From Armatimonadota bacterium (GTDB taxonomy: Bacteria > Armatimonadota > UBA5829 > DSUL01), in contig JBDHZC010000007.1 of assembly GCA_039811685.1 (NCBI GenBank), positions 1-64,000 on the forward strand: 64,000 nt of DNA. The letters run 5' to 3'. Below the pieces are notes generated by a model. That model had not been told where the DNA came from and searched no databases. It saw only the letters and a program-made list of their open reading frames with translations. Shown here piece by piece: positions 38,292 to 49,184 of this stretch. Position 1 is the stretch's first letter, and each line of letters opens with the position of its first letter. The translations under genes and the position numbers were made by a program.

Positions 38292-40679
38292 ATGATGGTC
38301 AAAGAGCTGGAGATTCCGGTTGTCGGCCCGGATGAGGACGGGTGCGACAATTGCGCGGCGCGATTCGCCGAAAGCATGCGCTCCCTCGACGGCGTTCAGA
38401 GCGTTGAGAACACCAGCCGCAAGGTCACGTTGCGATTTGACCCTGATCAGATTCCAGTCAGCGAACTTGAGCGCCGTGCTGAAGCCGTGGGACTGGACCT
38501 CCAGCGCCGCTACGGCCATCAGACACTGTCCGTGGACGGGATGGACTGTGCGGACTGCGCGCGCAAGATTGAGACCGCAGTAAAACGCCAGCCAGGAGTG
38601 ATCTCCGCAAACGTCAACTTTGCCGCGTCTCTGCTGGCCATTGAGTACGAAACGGCCTCCGCAGACCTGCCAGCGGTCAGGCGATCGGTAGAGCGGCTCG
38701 GGTACAAAGTGCTGGCGGGGCCTCTGGCGCCAGGCGCCGCACCTCCCGCTCCTGCGCCGCTGCTGCGAAACGCTCGAGCGCTGTTGACTGGCGCTTCCGG
38801 CCTGACTCTTGTTTTGGGTCTGATTGTTGAGTTCGCGCTGCATCAGCCTGCCGCCGCCAGAGCTCTCTACGCGGCTTCCGGCGCAATGGTGGCGTGGTTT
38901 CTGATTCGCGGAGCGTGGGGAGCCCTGCTGGAGCGCACTGTCGAGACAGACCTGCTGATGGCGCTTGCGGCGGCCGGAGCTGTATATCTGGGCGACTGGC
39001 GCGAAGCTGCTGGCGTTCTTTTCCTCTATACGCTTGGTGAGACGCTTGAAAGCTTCACCGTGGCGCGGGCGCGAGGCGCAATACGGCAGCTTGTGCAGAG
39101 TTTTCCGCAGCAAGCGACTGTGCTGCAAGATGGGCTGCCGGTGACTGTCCCCACCGCCGACATTTCACCTGGTGACACCGTGCTGATCCGCCCTGGGGAG
39201 AAGTGTGCCGTTGATGGCCGCGTCATTCATGGAGACTCCGAGATGGATGAGTCTCTTGTCACAGGGGAGTCGGCGCCAAGAGCGAAATCTGCTGGAGATC
39301 GCGTCTATGCCGGCAGCCTCAATGGCAGCGGAGCGCTGGAGGTGGAATGCCAGCGTCCGGTCGCCGACAACACTGTAAATCGCATCATTCACCTGGTGGA
39401 GGAAGCGCAGGGACGCAAAGCGCCCTCACAGCGTCTGAGTGAGCGCTTCGGAGCCGTTTACACGCCGGTCGTTCTCATACTGGCCATTGTCGTAGCGGCA
39501 GCGGGGCCGCTTGCGCTCCATCACCCTTTCAGCGAGAGTTTTCGAAAAGCGCTGATCCTTCTGACTGTATCGTGCCCATGCGCTTTGATTTTGGCTGTCC
39601 CGGTGACGGTTGTCTCTGCGCTGGCGTCCGCTGCTCGAAATGGCGTACTGATAAAAGGCGGCGGCGCTCTGGAGGCGCTCGGGAATATTGAGAGGCTGTT
39701 CTTCGATAAGACTGGCACTCTGACTGTCGGGCGTCTGAGCGTGACCGACATCGAGCCGTCTGCCTCCCTTCTTTCGGAGGAATTGCTGAACCGGGCGGCG
39801 TCCATCGAAACTCGCTCCGAGCACATTATCGGGCAGGCCGTCGTGCGAAAGGCTGAAGAAGCGGGAGTTGCGCTCAGGCCAGTGACGGACTTTCAGAGCT
39901 ACCCTGGCAAAGGCGCTTCCGGGTACATTGACGGACAGCGTTATACAGTGGGCAGTGAAGCGCTGTTGCGGGCACTCGGTGTCCACGGTGGAGCTTTGAC
40001 CAAACGGGCCTCTGAGCTGGCTGGAGAAGGAAAGACCATTCTGTTTCTTGCGTCTGAGACAGAGGCGCTGGGCATTATCGCGCTGCAGGATACGCTGCGA
40101 CCGGAGGCGCCAGGCGTGATCCAGCAAATCAGAGGAATGGGAATTGAGAGTGTCACGCTCCTCACCGGCGATAGACCGGAAGCGGCCAGACGCATTGCTG
40201 AATCCGTAGGAATGACTGCCTGGGAGGCCGGATTGCTGCCGGAGGAGAAGCTGAACCGGGTTGCCGGTACCGACGGCGAAGCGCGGGGATCGGCTATGGT
40301 CGGGGACGGCATCAACGACGCTCCGGCATTGGCGCAGGCGGAAGTCGGCATTGCGATCGGCTCCGCAACCGACGCAAGCGCGGAGACAGCAGACGTGCTG
40401 TTAATGTCCGACGACCTGACTCGCCTCCCCTACAGCCTGCAGCTTGGGCGAAGAGCTACGGCGATGATACGGGCGAATCTGGCGTTTTCGGTTGCAGTGG
40501 TACTAACGCTGGTTGCTCTCACGCTGGCAGGCCGCCTCAGCCTGACGCTGGGAGTTCTGGGGCATGAAGGAAGCTCACTTCTCGTGGTCGCTAACGGCAT
40601 GCGGCTGCTGAAGATGAGGCCGGGTGTTGAATTGCAGCGCCTGCAGCCGCAGAGAGCTCACCAGCATACACACGCATAG
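38292..40679 (+). CDS. Heavy-metal translocating P1B-type ATPase with two N-terminal HMA domains
   Basis: GCDNC, MDCADC, TGES, SCPC, DKTGT, GDGIND and HEG motifs. Confidence 0.95.
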   Translation: MMVKELEIPVVGPDEDGCDNCAARFAESMRSLDGVQSVENTSRKVTLRFDPDQIPVSELERRAEAVGLDLQRRYGHQTLSVDGMDCADCARKIETAVKRQPGVISANVNFAASLLAIEYETASADLPAVRRSVERLGYKVLAGPLAPGAAPPAPAPLLRNARALLTGASGLTLVLGLIVEFALHQPAAARALYAASGAMVAWFLIRGAWGALLERTVETDLLMALAAAGAVYLGDWREAAGVLFLYTLGETLESFTVARARGAIRQLVQSFPQQATVLQDGLPVTVPTADISPGDTVLIRPGEKCAVDGRVIHGDSEMDESLVTGESAPRAKSAGDRVYAGSLNGSGALEVECQRPVADNTVNRIIHLVEEAQGRKAPSQRLSERFGAVYTPVVLILAIVVAAAGPLALHHPFSESFRKALILLTVSCPCALILAVPVTVVSALASAARNGVLIKGGGALEALGNIERLFFDKTGTLTVGRLSVTDIEPSASLLSEELLNRAASIETRSEHIIGQAVVRKAEEAGVALRPVTDFQSYPGKGASGYIDGQRYTVGSEALLRALGVHGGALTKRASELAGEGKTILFLASETEALGIIALQDTLRPEAPGVIQQIRGMGIESVTLLTGDRPEAARRIAESVGMTAWEAGLLPEEKLNRVAGTDGEARGSAMVGDGINDAPALAQAEVGIAIGSATDASAETADVLLMSDDLTRLPYSLQLGRRATAMIRANLAFSVAVVLTLVALTLAGRLSLTLGVLGHEGSSLLVVANGMRLLKMRPGVELQRLQPQRAHQHTHA

Positions 40680-40683
40680 TTGG

Positions 40684-41946
40684 GTGAAAGAGCATTTGGA
40701 ACAGACGCAGACTTCCGTCATTGAAGCAGTACACGCAGAAGTGGACGCGCTCACAGATGATGTGCGCAGTCTGCTGATGGAGATGATCGGCCTTCCAAGC
40801 CTGGCAGGAGAAGAGCTGCCGACGCAGGAACACGTGGCCAGTTGGCTGCGTTCGAAGGACATGCCCTCAGAGCAGCAGTGGCCGGACGCCGGGCTTGAGA
40901 GTGATCCGGACTATGCGCGCTACCCGGATGGCCACACACGCGCGCCCAATGTTCTCACGCACATTCCCTCGGCAAAAAACGGGCGCAGCCTGCTTCTCAA
41001 CAGCCACACTGATGTTGTCCCGGCGCAATCCCCACATTTGTTTTCAGCGGAGTTTGCCGACGGGAGGATATCCGGGCGCGGAGCGTGCGACGCCAAAGGG
41101 CAGGTCTGCACGTGGCTGCTGGCAATGGCGGCTATCAAACAGGCGGGCGTAGCGCTGCGCGGTGAGTGCGTTGGGGCGGCAGTGGTGGAGGAAGAGGTGG
41201 GAGGCAATGGCACACTGTCGCTTATCCGCCAGATTAAACAGCCGTTTGATCTGGCTGTTGTGCTGGAGCCGACCAACTTTGCCGTTCATCCCGCCAACCG
41301 CGGCGCCGTCTGGTTCAAGATAGAGGTTCAGGGTAAGCCCACCCACATGGGGCGCTGGTGGGAAGGTGAAAGCGCTTTTGAAAACTTGGAGAAGATACTT
41401 CTGAGCGTCCGGGAGTGGGACGCGGGGCTTGTGCGTGAGTCTCAGGGGACGCCTCTTTTTCCAGATAATCCGAGCCCCGTCCACGTCAATATCGGAATTG
41501 TGCAGGCAGGCGACTGGCCGGCCAAAGTCCCGGCTTCGGCGGTGGCTGAGGGCGGTGTCAGCTTCTTGCCCAACAAGACGCTGGCAAGTATCAAGGCAGA
41601 GATGAGGCGGGTGGTTGCAGAGGCGGCAAATGTGCACGGCTTACAGGCGTCTGTCAGCTTCGAACGTCTGCAGAACGAAGCGTACGCAACACCGGCGGAC
41701 CATCCAGCAATCCGTCTGTTTGAAGAGACACTCCGGCAACTGCGCAACGAGGCGGAAGTGAGTGGGTTTCTCGCGTCGTGCGACGCCCGCCTTTTGTTCC
41801 ACCGGGGAAAAATACCAACTCTGGTATTCGGACCAGGAGACCTGATGCTGGCTCACTCAGACGTGGAGAGTATCGAGCTTGCGGATATCGTCACAGCAGC
41901 GAAAGCGTTGTCAGCGTTTGTTCTTCAGTGGTGCGGTGTAGCTTGA
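40684..41946 (+). CDS. M20 family deacylase (ArgE/DapE-like)
   Basis: NSHTDVV, GRGACDAKG, EEE, EPT and FGPG...AH motifs; start 40684 or 40696. Confidence 0.9.
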   Translation: MKEHLEQTQTSVIEAVHAEVDALTDDVRSLLMEMIGLPSLAGEELPTQEHVASWLRSKDMPSEQQWPDAGLESDPDYARYPDGHTRAPNVLTHIPSAKNGRSLLLNSHTDVVPAQSPHLFSAEFADGRISGRGACDAKGQVCTWLLAMAAIKQAGVALRGECVGAAVVEEEVGGNGTLSLIRQIKQPFDLAVVLEPTNFAVHPANRGAVWFKIEVQGKPTHMGRWWEGESAFENLEKILLSVREWDAGLVRESQGTPLFPDNPSPVHVNIGIVQAGDWPAKVPASAVAEGGVSFLPNKTLASIKAEMRRVVAEAANVHGLQASVSFERLQNEAYATPADHPAIRLFEETLRQLRNEAEVSGFLASCDARLLFHRGKIPTLVFGPGDLMLAHSDVESIELADIVTAAKALSAFVLQWCGVA

Positions 41947-42115
41947 GCGCCAGCCCGGCCAATAATGATCCTCACCACCCGCTCGAACGTCAGGCTTCAG
42001 TGAGTGAGTCCTTATGTCTCCAATGACTTCTTGATTCTACAACGTCTAGCGTTCTTGTCAGACACCGTAAAGGCAGGAGACGCGGGCAGCAGTCCCGAAA
42101 TCTGAGAGGACTGCA

Positions 42116-43195
42116 ATGACTGAAAATAGAGTACGGATTGGAATTGTTGGCGCTGGAATCTTCGGCGCGATGCACCTGAAGGCGTTTTCCCAGCTTGCGC
42201 GCGACGGAAAGTGCGATCTGGTCGGGTTTGTAGCCCGGCGTAAGGAGCAGCGTGAGCAGCGTGAGGCTGAGTTTGGAGTCCCCGGATTTACTACGCTGGC
42301 TGAGATGATCGAGCGCGCAAGTCCCAATGCCATTACTGTGGTCACGCCAGACAACGCTCACAGAGAATTTGTCCTTGAGGCGGCCGCTTGCGGGATTCAT
42401 TCACTTTCTGAAAAACCTCTGGATACAACTGAGCAGGGCTGCCGGGAGATGATTGATGCCTGCGCCAGTGCAGGAGTCTTTCTGCAGGTGGACTTTCACA
42501 AGCGCTACGACCCTGACCATCAGGCAGCGCAGAAAGCTGTACGCGGGGGACGAATCGGTTCACCGCTTTACGGCAATGTCCACATGGAAGACCGCATCGA
42601 AGTGCCGACGCAATGGGTCAAAAGCTGGGCAGGCCAGACCTCTCCGGCGTGGTTTCTGGGTGTACATTTTTATGACCTCGCGCGCTGGATTCTGGGTAGT
42701 GAGCCCAAACGCGTTTACGCTACAGGATTCAAAGAGCGGCTCAAGAATGACTTTGGGCTGGACGCTTACGACTGCATTAACGCGCGAGTCGATTTTGAGA
42801 ACGGCGCGACTATATCCTTTGACACATCCTGGATACTGCCTCAGGGTTTTGAGGCGATTGTAAACCAGGGCATTCGGCTTGTCGGTACGTTGGGAATGTT
42901 TGAAGTGGACAGCCAGGATCGCGGTACCATCTCGTGCATTGATGGCGAAGGGATGCGCACTTACAACAACAACTTTTATCGCGAATATACGGACAAGGAT
43001 GGATCGGTATCTTATGCGGGGTACGGCATCGAAAGCATCCTGGATTTCGTCTACAACGTCCGATATGTGTTAGAGAATGGCGCAGGATCCGCGCCACACG
43101 GAGTGTGGGCTGGCGGATTTGACGGCTTGCAGGCTACGCGGATGGCGCTGGCTGCGCATGAGAGCATCGAGACGGGTCGTGCCGTCGATTTGTGA
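42116..43195 (+). CDS. Cytoplasmic Gfo/Idh/MocA oxidoreductase
   Basis: IGIVGAG, EKP and GVH.YD motifs. Confidence 0.9.
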   Translation: MTENRVRIGIVGAGIFGAMHLKAFSQLARDGKCDLVGFVARRKEQREQREAEFGVPGFTTLAEMIERASPNAITVVTPDNAHREFVLEAAACGIHSLSEKPLDTTEQGCREMIDACASAGVFLQVDFHKRYDPDHQAAQKAVRGGRIGSPLYGNVHMEDRIEVPTQWVKSWAGQTSPAWFLGVHFYDLARWILGSEPKRVYATGFKERLKNDFGLDAYDCINARVDFENGATISFDTSWILPQGFEAIVNQGIRLVGTLGMFEVDSQDRGTISCIDGEGMRTYNNNFYREYTDKDGSVSYAGYGIESILDFVYNVRYVLENGAGSAPHGVWAGGFDGLQATRMALAAHESIETGRAVDL

Positions 43196-43238
43196 GCAGA
43201 GTCTGAACGGCTTCGAGAGCTAAAGGAAGGGATGTGTG

Positions 43239-44765
43239 ATGTTGGACAGAGTTTTTTGCGCTGCGATGGTTTTTCTTTCTGTCTGTGCGTTGGTGGGGAC
43301 GGGTTGCGCTGCGCGAGCGGCTGACGCGCCCGAGGACATCCCCTCCCCAATGCGTGAGTTCAGAGGTGTCTGGGTGGCCTCCGTCGCCAATATCGACTGG
43401 CCATCCAGGCCGGCACTGAGCACGGAGCAGCAGAAGCTGGAACTGCTGAAAATTCTGGATACGGCAGCGGCAGACAACCTCAATGCTGTCATACTGCAGG
43501 TGCGTCCCGCTGCGGATGCGCTCTATCCATCCGATCTGGAGCCGTGGTCAGAGTACCTCACGGGGGCGATGGGTAAGGCGCCAAGCCCTGTGTGGGATCC
43601 ACTTGAGTTTGCAGTGCAGGAGGGCCACAAGCGCGGTCTGGAGATCCATGCGTGGTTCAACCCTTACCGCGCCCGTCACCCTTCCGCGAAGTCCCCTGTC
43701 TCCGCAGATCACCTCAGCAAGACCCGGCCCGAACTCGTGCGCCAATATGGCCAACACCTGTGGATGGACCCGGGCGAACCGGGCGTGCAGGAGCATTCGC
43801 TGGCGGTTATTCGCGATGTAATCCGCCGCTACGATCTCGATGGAATCCACATCGACGACTACTTCTACCCGTACAAGGAGCGCGACGCCAGCGGCAAGAT
43901 CATTGACTTTCCCGACGAGGAGTCTTACCAGCGCTACCGCGCAAGCGGAGGGACGCTCGCGAAGGACGACTGGCGCCGGCACAATGTCGATAGCTTTGTC
44001 GAGAGTCTCTACAAGATGACCAAACAGGAAAAGCCCTGGGTCAAGTTCGGAATCAGTCCGTTTGGAATCTGGCAGCCTGGCTATCCGGCAAATGTCAAAG
44101 GTTTCAACGCCTATCAGGAGCTGTATGCTGATGCTCGCAAATGGCTTAATAACGGCTGGGTGGACTACTTCACTCCGCAGATTTATTTCCGGATCGGACA
44201 AAGCGCCCAGCCATACAAAGACCTGTTGCGCTGGTGGTGCGCAGAGAACACAAAACAGCGCCACGTGTGGCCGGGCAACTACACCAGCCAGATTGGGAAC
44301 GGCGCCGGATGGACAGCTCAGGAGATTGTGGATCAGGTGAAAGCTACGCGCGCGCAACGCGGCGCAGACGGCAACATTCACTTCAGCATGAAGGCGTTTC
44401 TGACCAACAGAGGCGGCGTGGCGAAGCTGCTGGACAAGGAGGTTTACCAGAATCGAGCGCTGATCCCCGCCTCACCTTGGCTGGACAACACCGCGCCCCA
44501 AAAACCGAATGTGAACTTCGAGAAGGCAACACATGTGCTGTCCTGGAGCGGACAGGGTGAGGAAAAAGCGTTTCTGTGGGTGATCTACCAGAAGCAGAAG
44601 GGGCAGTGGAGCAACCAGATAGTCCCGGCCGAGCAAACCTCCGTTGTAGCGCCCGAGGGTGTCGAAGAATTGGCGGTTAGCGCTGTGGACAGAACCGGCA
44701 ACGAAAGCCAAAAGGCCGTCATCCAGATCACTCAGAAGCTGCGCTTTTCGCAAGTGTCGCCATAG
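43239..44765 (+). CDS. Glycoside hydrolase-like family 10 (YddW/DigH-like), secreted
   Basis: REFRGVWVASV.NIDWPS, HAWFNPYR, DGIHIDDYFYPY and FGISPFGIW motifs. Confidence 0.9.
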   Translation: MLDRVFCAAMVFLSVCALVGTGCAARAADAPEDIPSPMREFRGVWVASVANIDWPSRPALSTEQQKLELLKILDTAAADNLNAVILQVRPAADALYPSDLEPWSEYLTGAMGKAPSPVWDPLEFAVQEGHKRGLEIHAWFNPYRARHPSAKSPVSADHLSKTRPELVRQYGQHLWMDPGEPGVQEHSLAVIRDVIRRYDLDGIHIDDYFYPYKERDASGKIIDFPDEESYQRYRASGGTLAKDDWRRHNVDSFVESLYKMTKQEKPWVKFGISPFGIWQPGYPANVKGFNAYQELYADARKWLNNGWVDYFTPQIYFRIGQSAQPYKDLLRWWCAENTKQRHVWPGNYTSQIGNGAGWTAQEIVDQVKATRAQRGADGNIHFSMKAFLTNRGGVAKLLDKEVYQNRALIPASPWLDNTAPQKPNVNFEKATHVLSWSGQGEEKAFLWVIYQKQKGQWSNQIVPAEQTSVVAPEGVEELAVSAVDRTGNESQKAVIQITQKLRFSQVSP

Positions 44766-44779
44766 CTATCGACAGACGC

Positions 44780-45745
44780 TCAGCGCTTCAGTAGATGAAT
44801 AGTGTCTGGACTGGAGCGCACCACTTCCACGAGCTTGCGCGGCAGCGCGAACTTCATGTTTTCAGTGACTCTGCGCAGCGTCTCGACACTGTCTGCGCCC
44901 AGTTCTTTCAGGCGGTCGATGGTGGTTTGCACCAGAATCTCGGGCGTGGACGCGCCAGCCGTGACTCCGACACACTCTACGCCCTGTAGCCATTGAGGGT
45001 TGATCTCAGAGGCGTTGTCAATGCGATAACCGCGCGCGCCATGCGTCTCGGCTACCTCTGAGAGACGCACTGAGTTGGAGCTGTTGGCCGAACCCAGCAC
45101 CAGAATGACTTCGCACATCTCGGCCATGGCCTTCACAGCGTCCTGCCGGTTCTGCGTCGCGTAGCAGATGTCATCTTTGGGCGGTGCGGCAATCGAAGGG
45201 AAGCGCTCTTTGAGCGCAGCGACAATCTCACGGGTCTCATCGACACTCAGAGTGGTCTGGGTAAGATACACGAGCCGGTCCGGGCGCGGCGGGACAAGGC
45301 TCCGGGCTTCTTCCACGCTGCCAACCAGCATGACCCGGTCAGGCGCTTCACCCATTGTACCAATCACTTCGTCGTGCCCCTCGTGCCCTATCAGGACAAC
45401 GTCGTAGTCGTCTTTGACAAAGCGATGGACTTCAAGATGAACCTTCGTGACGAGAGGGCAGGTAGCGTCAATAATGTTGAGATTCCTCGCCTGGGCTTCT
45501 TCCCAGACGGCGGGTGACACTCCATGCGCGCTGAACACGACAACAGAAGAGACTGGAACTTCCTCGATGCTGTCCACAAAAACCACGCCGCGCCGCCGGA
45601 AATCCTCGACGACGTACTGATTATGGACGATCTCCTTGCGGACGTAGACCGGCGGGCCATAGACCTCGAGCGCGATGTCAACGATGTCGATGGCGCGCTC
45701 TACTCCAGCGCAGAAACCTCTCGGGGAAGCAAGAACAATCTTCAT
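44780..45745 (-). CDS. ispH: 4-hydroxy-3-methylbut-2-enyl diphosphate reductase
   Basis: PRGFCAGV, DATCPLV, ICYATQNRQ, SSNS and TAGASTP motifs. Confidence 0.97.
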   Translation of the reverse strand: MKIVLASPRGFCAGVERAIDIVDIALEVYGPPVYVRKEIVHNQYVVEDFRRRGVVFVDSIEEVPVSSVVVFSAHGVSPAVWEEAQARNLNIIDATCPLVTKVHLEVHRFVKDDYDVVLIGHEGHDEVIGTMGEAPDRVMLVGSVEEARSLVPPRPDRLVYLTQTTLSVDETREIVAALKERFPSIAAPPKDDICYATQNRQDAVKAMAEMCEVILVLGSANSSNSVRLSEVAETHGARGYRIDNASEINPQWLQGVECVGVTAGASTPEILVQTTIDRLKELGADSVETLRRVTENMKFALPRKLVEVVRSSPDTIHLLKR

Positions 45746-45926
45746 AAGCACAAAGAACCACGGCGCCGCTTGCAGGTGAATTGGACGTTTGCAGCAGACA
45801 CAGAATACCACATTCAAAGACGAGGGGCGAGCGGCCATCCTGCCACCCTTTAGTATGTACTGCTGAGAACAGGAAAAGCAGCGACTCTCCGGGGCCGAGA
45901 CACTCTGCCTGGAGCCCCGTCAGAGT

Positions 45927-46754
45927 TTACGGCCTCACTCGCGCCACGGCAATCATCTGGACAGCGCAGTCGTCGGCTGCCTCCCCCTCGTAATCTCCCA
46001 GCAACTCCACGAGTTCAAAGCCTTCTGCCTCCAGCAGTAGAGTCAATTCTGCAGGATGTAACCACGCGTATGTCCAGCTCTGTACATAGACTTCTGGCTG
46101 TGGCTTGCGGCCCCAGACAAGGGTAAACGCATTGACATGACTGCGCCCCTGAAAATGGTCTTCGCGACTCTCGGCGCCGTACAACAGGAGTATGCCCGAG
46201 TCCGGATCGCGGTGGGAAGTCAGGTAGGGCTCTTCTGCGCTCGGATTTGGCTTCGGGACAAAGACATCCAGCCAGAGGTGTCCGCCGACAGCGAGATTAC
46301 GCCGGATGTTGGCCAGCGCGCGGCGCTGCTCTTCCAAAGAGCCGAGATACAGAAACGTGTTGGTAGAGCACACGGCGAGGCGCGCTTTCTCAGGAAGCTC
46401 AAAGGTCTGAATCTGGGCTTCTATGGAAGTAATGGATAGACCGAGCCCTTCGCTGTTGCGCCTGAGTTGAGAGTGCATCATGGGATCGCTGTCCACAGCG
46501 AAGACGTCCAGGCCCTCCGAGGCCAGCGGAATCGTGAGGCGTCCCGTGCCGCTACCCAGATCCACAACCGGCCCACCCACTCGACGAGCCAGCGCAAGAA
46601 TCATGGGCAAGTCGTCCTCAAAATCTCCCTCCATCAGATCATAGACTTCCGGAACCCACCCGCCGTATCCCCGGCGCACATTTGCCCTGCCGGATTCAGC
46701 CAGATCGAAAAAGATATCAAAAAACTCTGCGCCACCAACGGGAAATGAATTCAC
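45927..46754 (-). CDS. Class I SAM-dependent methyltransferase
   Basis: VVDLGSGTGR motif I; GTG start chosen after a GAGGAG RBS. Confidence 0.88.
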   Translation of the reverse strand: MNSFPVGGAEFFDIFFDLAESGRANVRRGYGGWVPEVYDLMEGDFEDDLPMILALARRVGGPVVDLGSGTGRLTIPLASEGLDVFAVDSDPMMHSQLRRNSEGLGLSITSIEAQIQTFELPEKARLAVCSTNTFLYLGSLEEQRRALANIRRNLAVGGHLWLDVFVPKPNPSAEEPYLTSHRDPDSGILLLYGAESREDHFQGRSHVNAFTLVWGRKPQPEVYVQSWTYAWLHPAELTLLLEAEGFELVELLGDYEGEAADDCAVQMIAVARVRP

Positions 46755-46847
46755 TCTTCTCCTCACTTCACAACGCTCTCGCCTCGCAGTCAATGCCGAA
46801 CACTAACGGACTACACGGAGCGTTATAATAGCAGGATAATACAAGCT

Positions 46848-47963
46848 ATGGGCGACATTACCAACACATCCTTGGCGGCGGCTCCTGACGCAAGAACAGC
46901 CGGGCGGCGCCGGCAAAAACTTAGCTCACTCACCAGGCTGCCGCTGTACTACCGCGTGCTGATAATCAACCTGGCGGTTGTCGTGCTCGGCGGCGTCATC
47001 GGCAGCTTTGGCGCGTGGCTTCTGTCATACGTCCTCAGTTTCAGCACGGTGACGCACTTTATGCTGATTGGAGGAACGATCGCGATTGTCGCCGCCGTAA
47101 ACCTGGTGCTTCTACGCTACGCTTTTGCCCCGCTGAACGCTCTGAAAATCCTCGTACGCGATGTGCGTGCCGGTGACCTGCGCGCACGAGCTGATGCCAC
47201 AAGCTATCATGACCCCGATTTCGCCGAATTTGGACAGGCGCTCAACGCGATGCTTGAGGCACTGGAACAGAAGTCGGAGACTATAGAAGCCGACAAGAAT
47301 CGTATTCGCGCATTGACCGCACGCGTCATTGGGGCACAGGAGGAAGAGCGCAAACGTGTGGCACGGGAGCTGCACGACGACACCGGGCAACTGCTCACAG
47401 CGCTCATTCTTCGGATCGATCGTCTCATTCAGGAAGAGGACTGTTCCGAACACGCCTCCGGACAACTTCTTCAGCTCAAGGAACAGGCGCAGAGTACGCT
47501 TAAGGAATTGAGACGCGTGATGCTGGAATTGCGGCCGGCGGTCCTTGATGACCTGGGACTGGTTCCGGCCGTGCGATGGTACCTCAACGAGCGGGTGGAG
47601 CACGAGGGAATTCGCACTGAGCTGGACGAAGACGGTCTGGAAGAGGAGCGCCTCAGCTCTGATCTGGAGATTACAGTATTCAGGATAATTCAAGAAAGCT
47701 TAACAAATATAGTCAAACACGCGAAAGCATCACACGTGAGAGTCTCCTTGCGTAGAAATGGCGGCGTTCTGAATGTACTCATTGAAGATAACGGGTGCGG
47801 TTTTGATACGGCTCGCGTCGCGGATCGGGCAGCCGCGGAAAGCCATCTGGGGATTTTCGGGATGGAAGAACGAGCAGCACTGGTGAACGGTGAGCTGAAC
47901 ATCCGCAGCAGCAACACCGGAACGCTGGTTCAGGCGGCCATTCCTTTCCAGCAAAAAGTATGA
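46848..47963 (+). CDS. Membrane sensor histidine kinase (HAMP + HisKA_3, NarX/UhpB-like)
   Basis: Two TM segments; QEEERKRVARELHD, QE.LTNI.KHA, DNGCGF and G..GMEER motifs. Confidence 0.93.
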   Translation: MGDITNTSLAAAPDARTAGRRRQKLSSLTRLPLYYRVLIINLAVVVLGGVIGSFGAWLLSYVLSFSTVTHFMLIGGTIAIVAAVNLVLLRYAFAPLNALKILVRDVRAGDLRARADATSYHDPDFAEFGQALNAMLEALEQKSETIEADKNRIRALTARVIGAQEEERKRVARELHDDTGQLLTALILRIDRLIQEEDCSEHASGQLLQLKEQAQSTLKELRRVMLELRPAVLDDLGLVPAVRWYLNERVEHEGIRTELDEDGLEEERLSSDLEITVFRIIQESLTNIVKHAKASHVRVSLRRNGGVLNVLIEDNGCGFDTARVADRAAAESHLGIFGMEERAALVNGELNIRSSNTGTLVQAAIPFQQKV

Positions 47964-48586
47964 ACGCTCAGAGAATCCGCGTACTCATTGTTGACGATCA
48001 TACGATTGTGCGCGAGGGTATTGTGAGCCTTCTGCGCAACGAGGCCGACATCGAAGTGGCCGGTGAATCCGGAGACGGACGCGACGCCATTGCAAAGGTG
48101 GCTGCGCTCCGGCCGGACGTCGTCATTCTGGACGTGGCGCTACCAGGCCTTAACGGCCTGGAAGTGGCCGATCAGATCCGGAGAGACTTCCGCAGCGTCA
48201 GAGTTGTGATGCTCACGATGTATGAGAACGAGGAGTATCTGCGGCGGGCGGCGCGCTACGGTGTTGCAGGCTATGTGCTCAAGGAAGCGGCCGGACGAGA
48301 CCTGGTCAGGGCCATTCGGGAAGCCCACACCGAGCAAACAACCCTCCAGCTTCCGCCACACCTGCTTCAGGGAGAAACGCTGGACACGCTGACACCTCGG
48401 GAGCGGGAAGTGCTGCAGCTGGTGGCGGAAGGACACACTAACAAAGAGATTGCGGACATCCTGTTTGTCAGCGTAAAGACTATTGAGACACACCGCCTGA
48501 ACTTGATGAGCAAGCTCGACATGCACGACCGCACAGAGCTTGTGAAGTTCGCTATCCGCTCAGGGCTTGTGTCGCCCGACGCCTGA
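47960..48586 (+). CDS. NarL/LuxR-family response regulator
   Basis: VDDH receiver; LTPREREVL...G.TNKEIA HTH; ATGA overlap with the kinase. Confidence 0.95.
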   Translation: MNAQRIRVLIVDDHTIVREGIVSLLRNEADIEVAGESGDGRDAIAKVAALRPDVVILDVALPGLNGLEVADQIRRDFRSVRVVMLTMYENEEYLRRAARYGVAGYVLKEAAGRDLVRAIREAHTEQTTLQLPPHLLQGETLDTLTPREREVLQLVAEGHTNKEIADILFVSVKTIETHRLNLMSKLDMHDRTELVKFAIRSGLVSPDA

Positions 48587-48653
48587 CAAATGAAAGAATC
48601 AGCGCTGAGTGCGCAGGTGTGGATATCAGGAGTCCGCCCCTGACCGGGAAACG

Positions 48654-49184
48654 CTACTTTCCGGGTTTTTTGTACGCATCCACAGCCTTGCGAAAATCCC
48701 GCTCGATGGCTGCTGCGTCGGAGGCGTCAAACTGATCGTAAAGCGCGACGATCTTGCCACCCTTTCCAACCAGGTAGCTCACTGGAATGAACTCCAGGTC
48801 CCATCCTTTGAACAGGGTGTCTTTGTCGTCCAGCGCCACGCGCTGTGCAGGCTTCTGCTTCTTGATGAAGCTCTGAACACCGGGTTTCTTGTCCTTGACC
48901 GCAACGGCTATGAAGCTCATTTTCTGCTTCTGCCACTTCTGAGCAAGCCGTGAAACGACGGGGAACTCCTCTTGACACGGGATGCACCAGCTTGCCCAGA
49001 AATTAACAAAGACCGGACCGCTCTGCACGGCTTTGGACAGATCGAACACTTTGCCGGACAGATCCTTCACTCTGAGAGACGGAGCCCTGGCGCCGACATC
49101 TGGCGCAGCCTGCGCGGACAATCCCAAACACAGTGCGAAGAGAGCGCACGCAGAAACGACGGCGCCAGGCCAACGGCGCAACAT
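48654..49184 (-). CDS. TlpA-family thiol-disulfide oxidoreductase (WCIPC), secreted
   Basis: NFWASWCIPC, cis-Pro FIP, signal peptide. Confidence 0.9.
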   Translation of the reverse strand: MLRRWPGAVVSACALFALCLGLSAQAAPDVGARAPSLRVKDLSGKVFDLSKAVQSGPVFVNFWASWCIPCQEEFPVVSRLAQKWQKQKMSFIAVAVKDKKPGVQSFIKKQKPAQRVALDDKDTLFKGWDLEFIPVSYLVGKGGKIVALYDQFDASDAAAIERDFRKAVDAYKKPGK

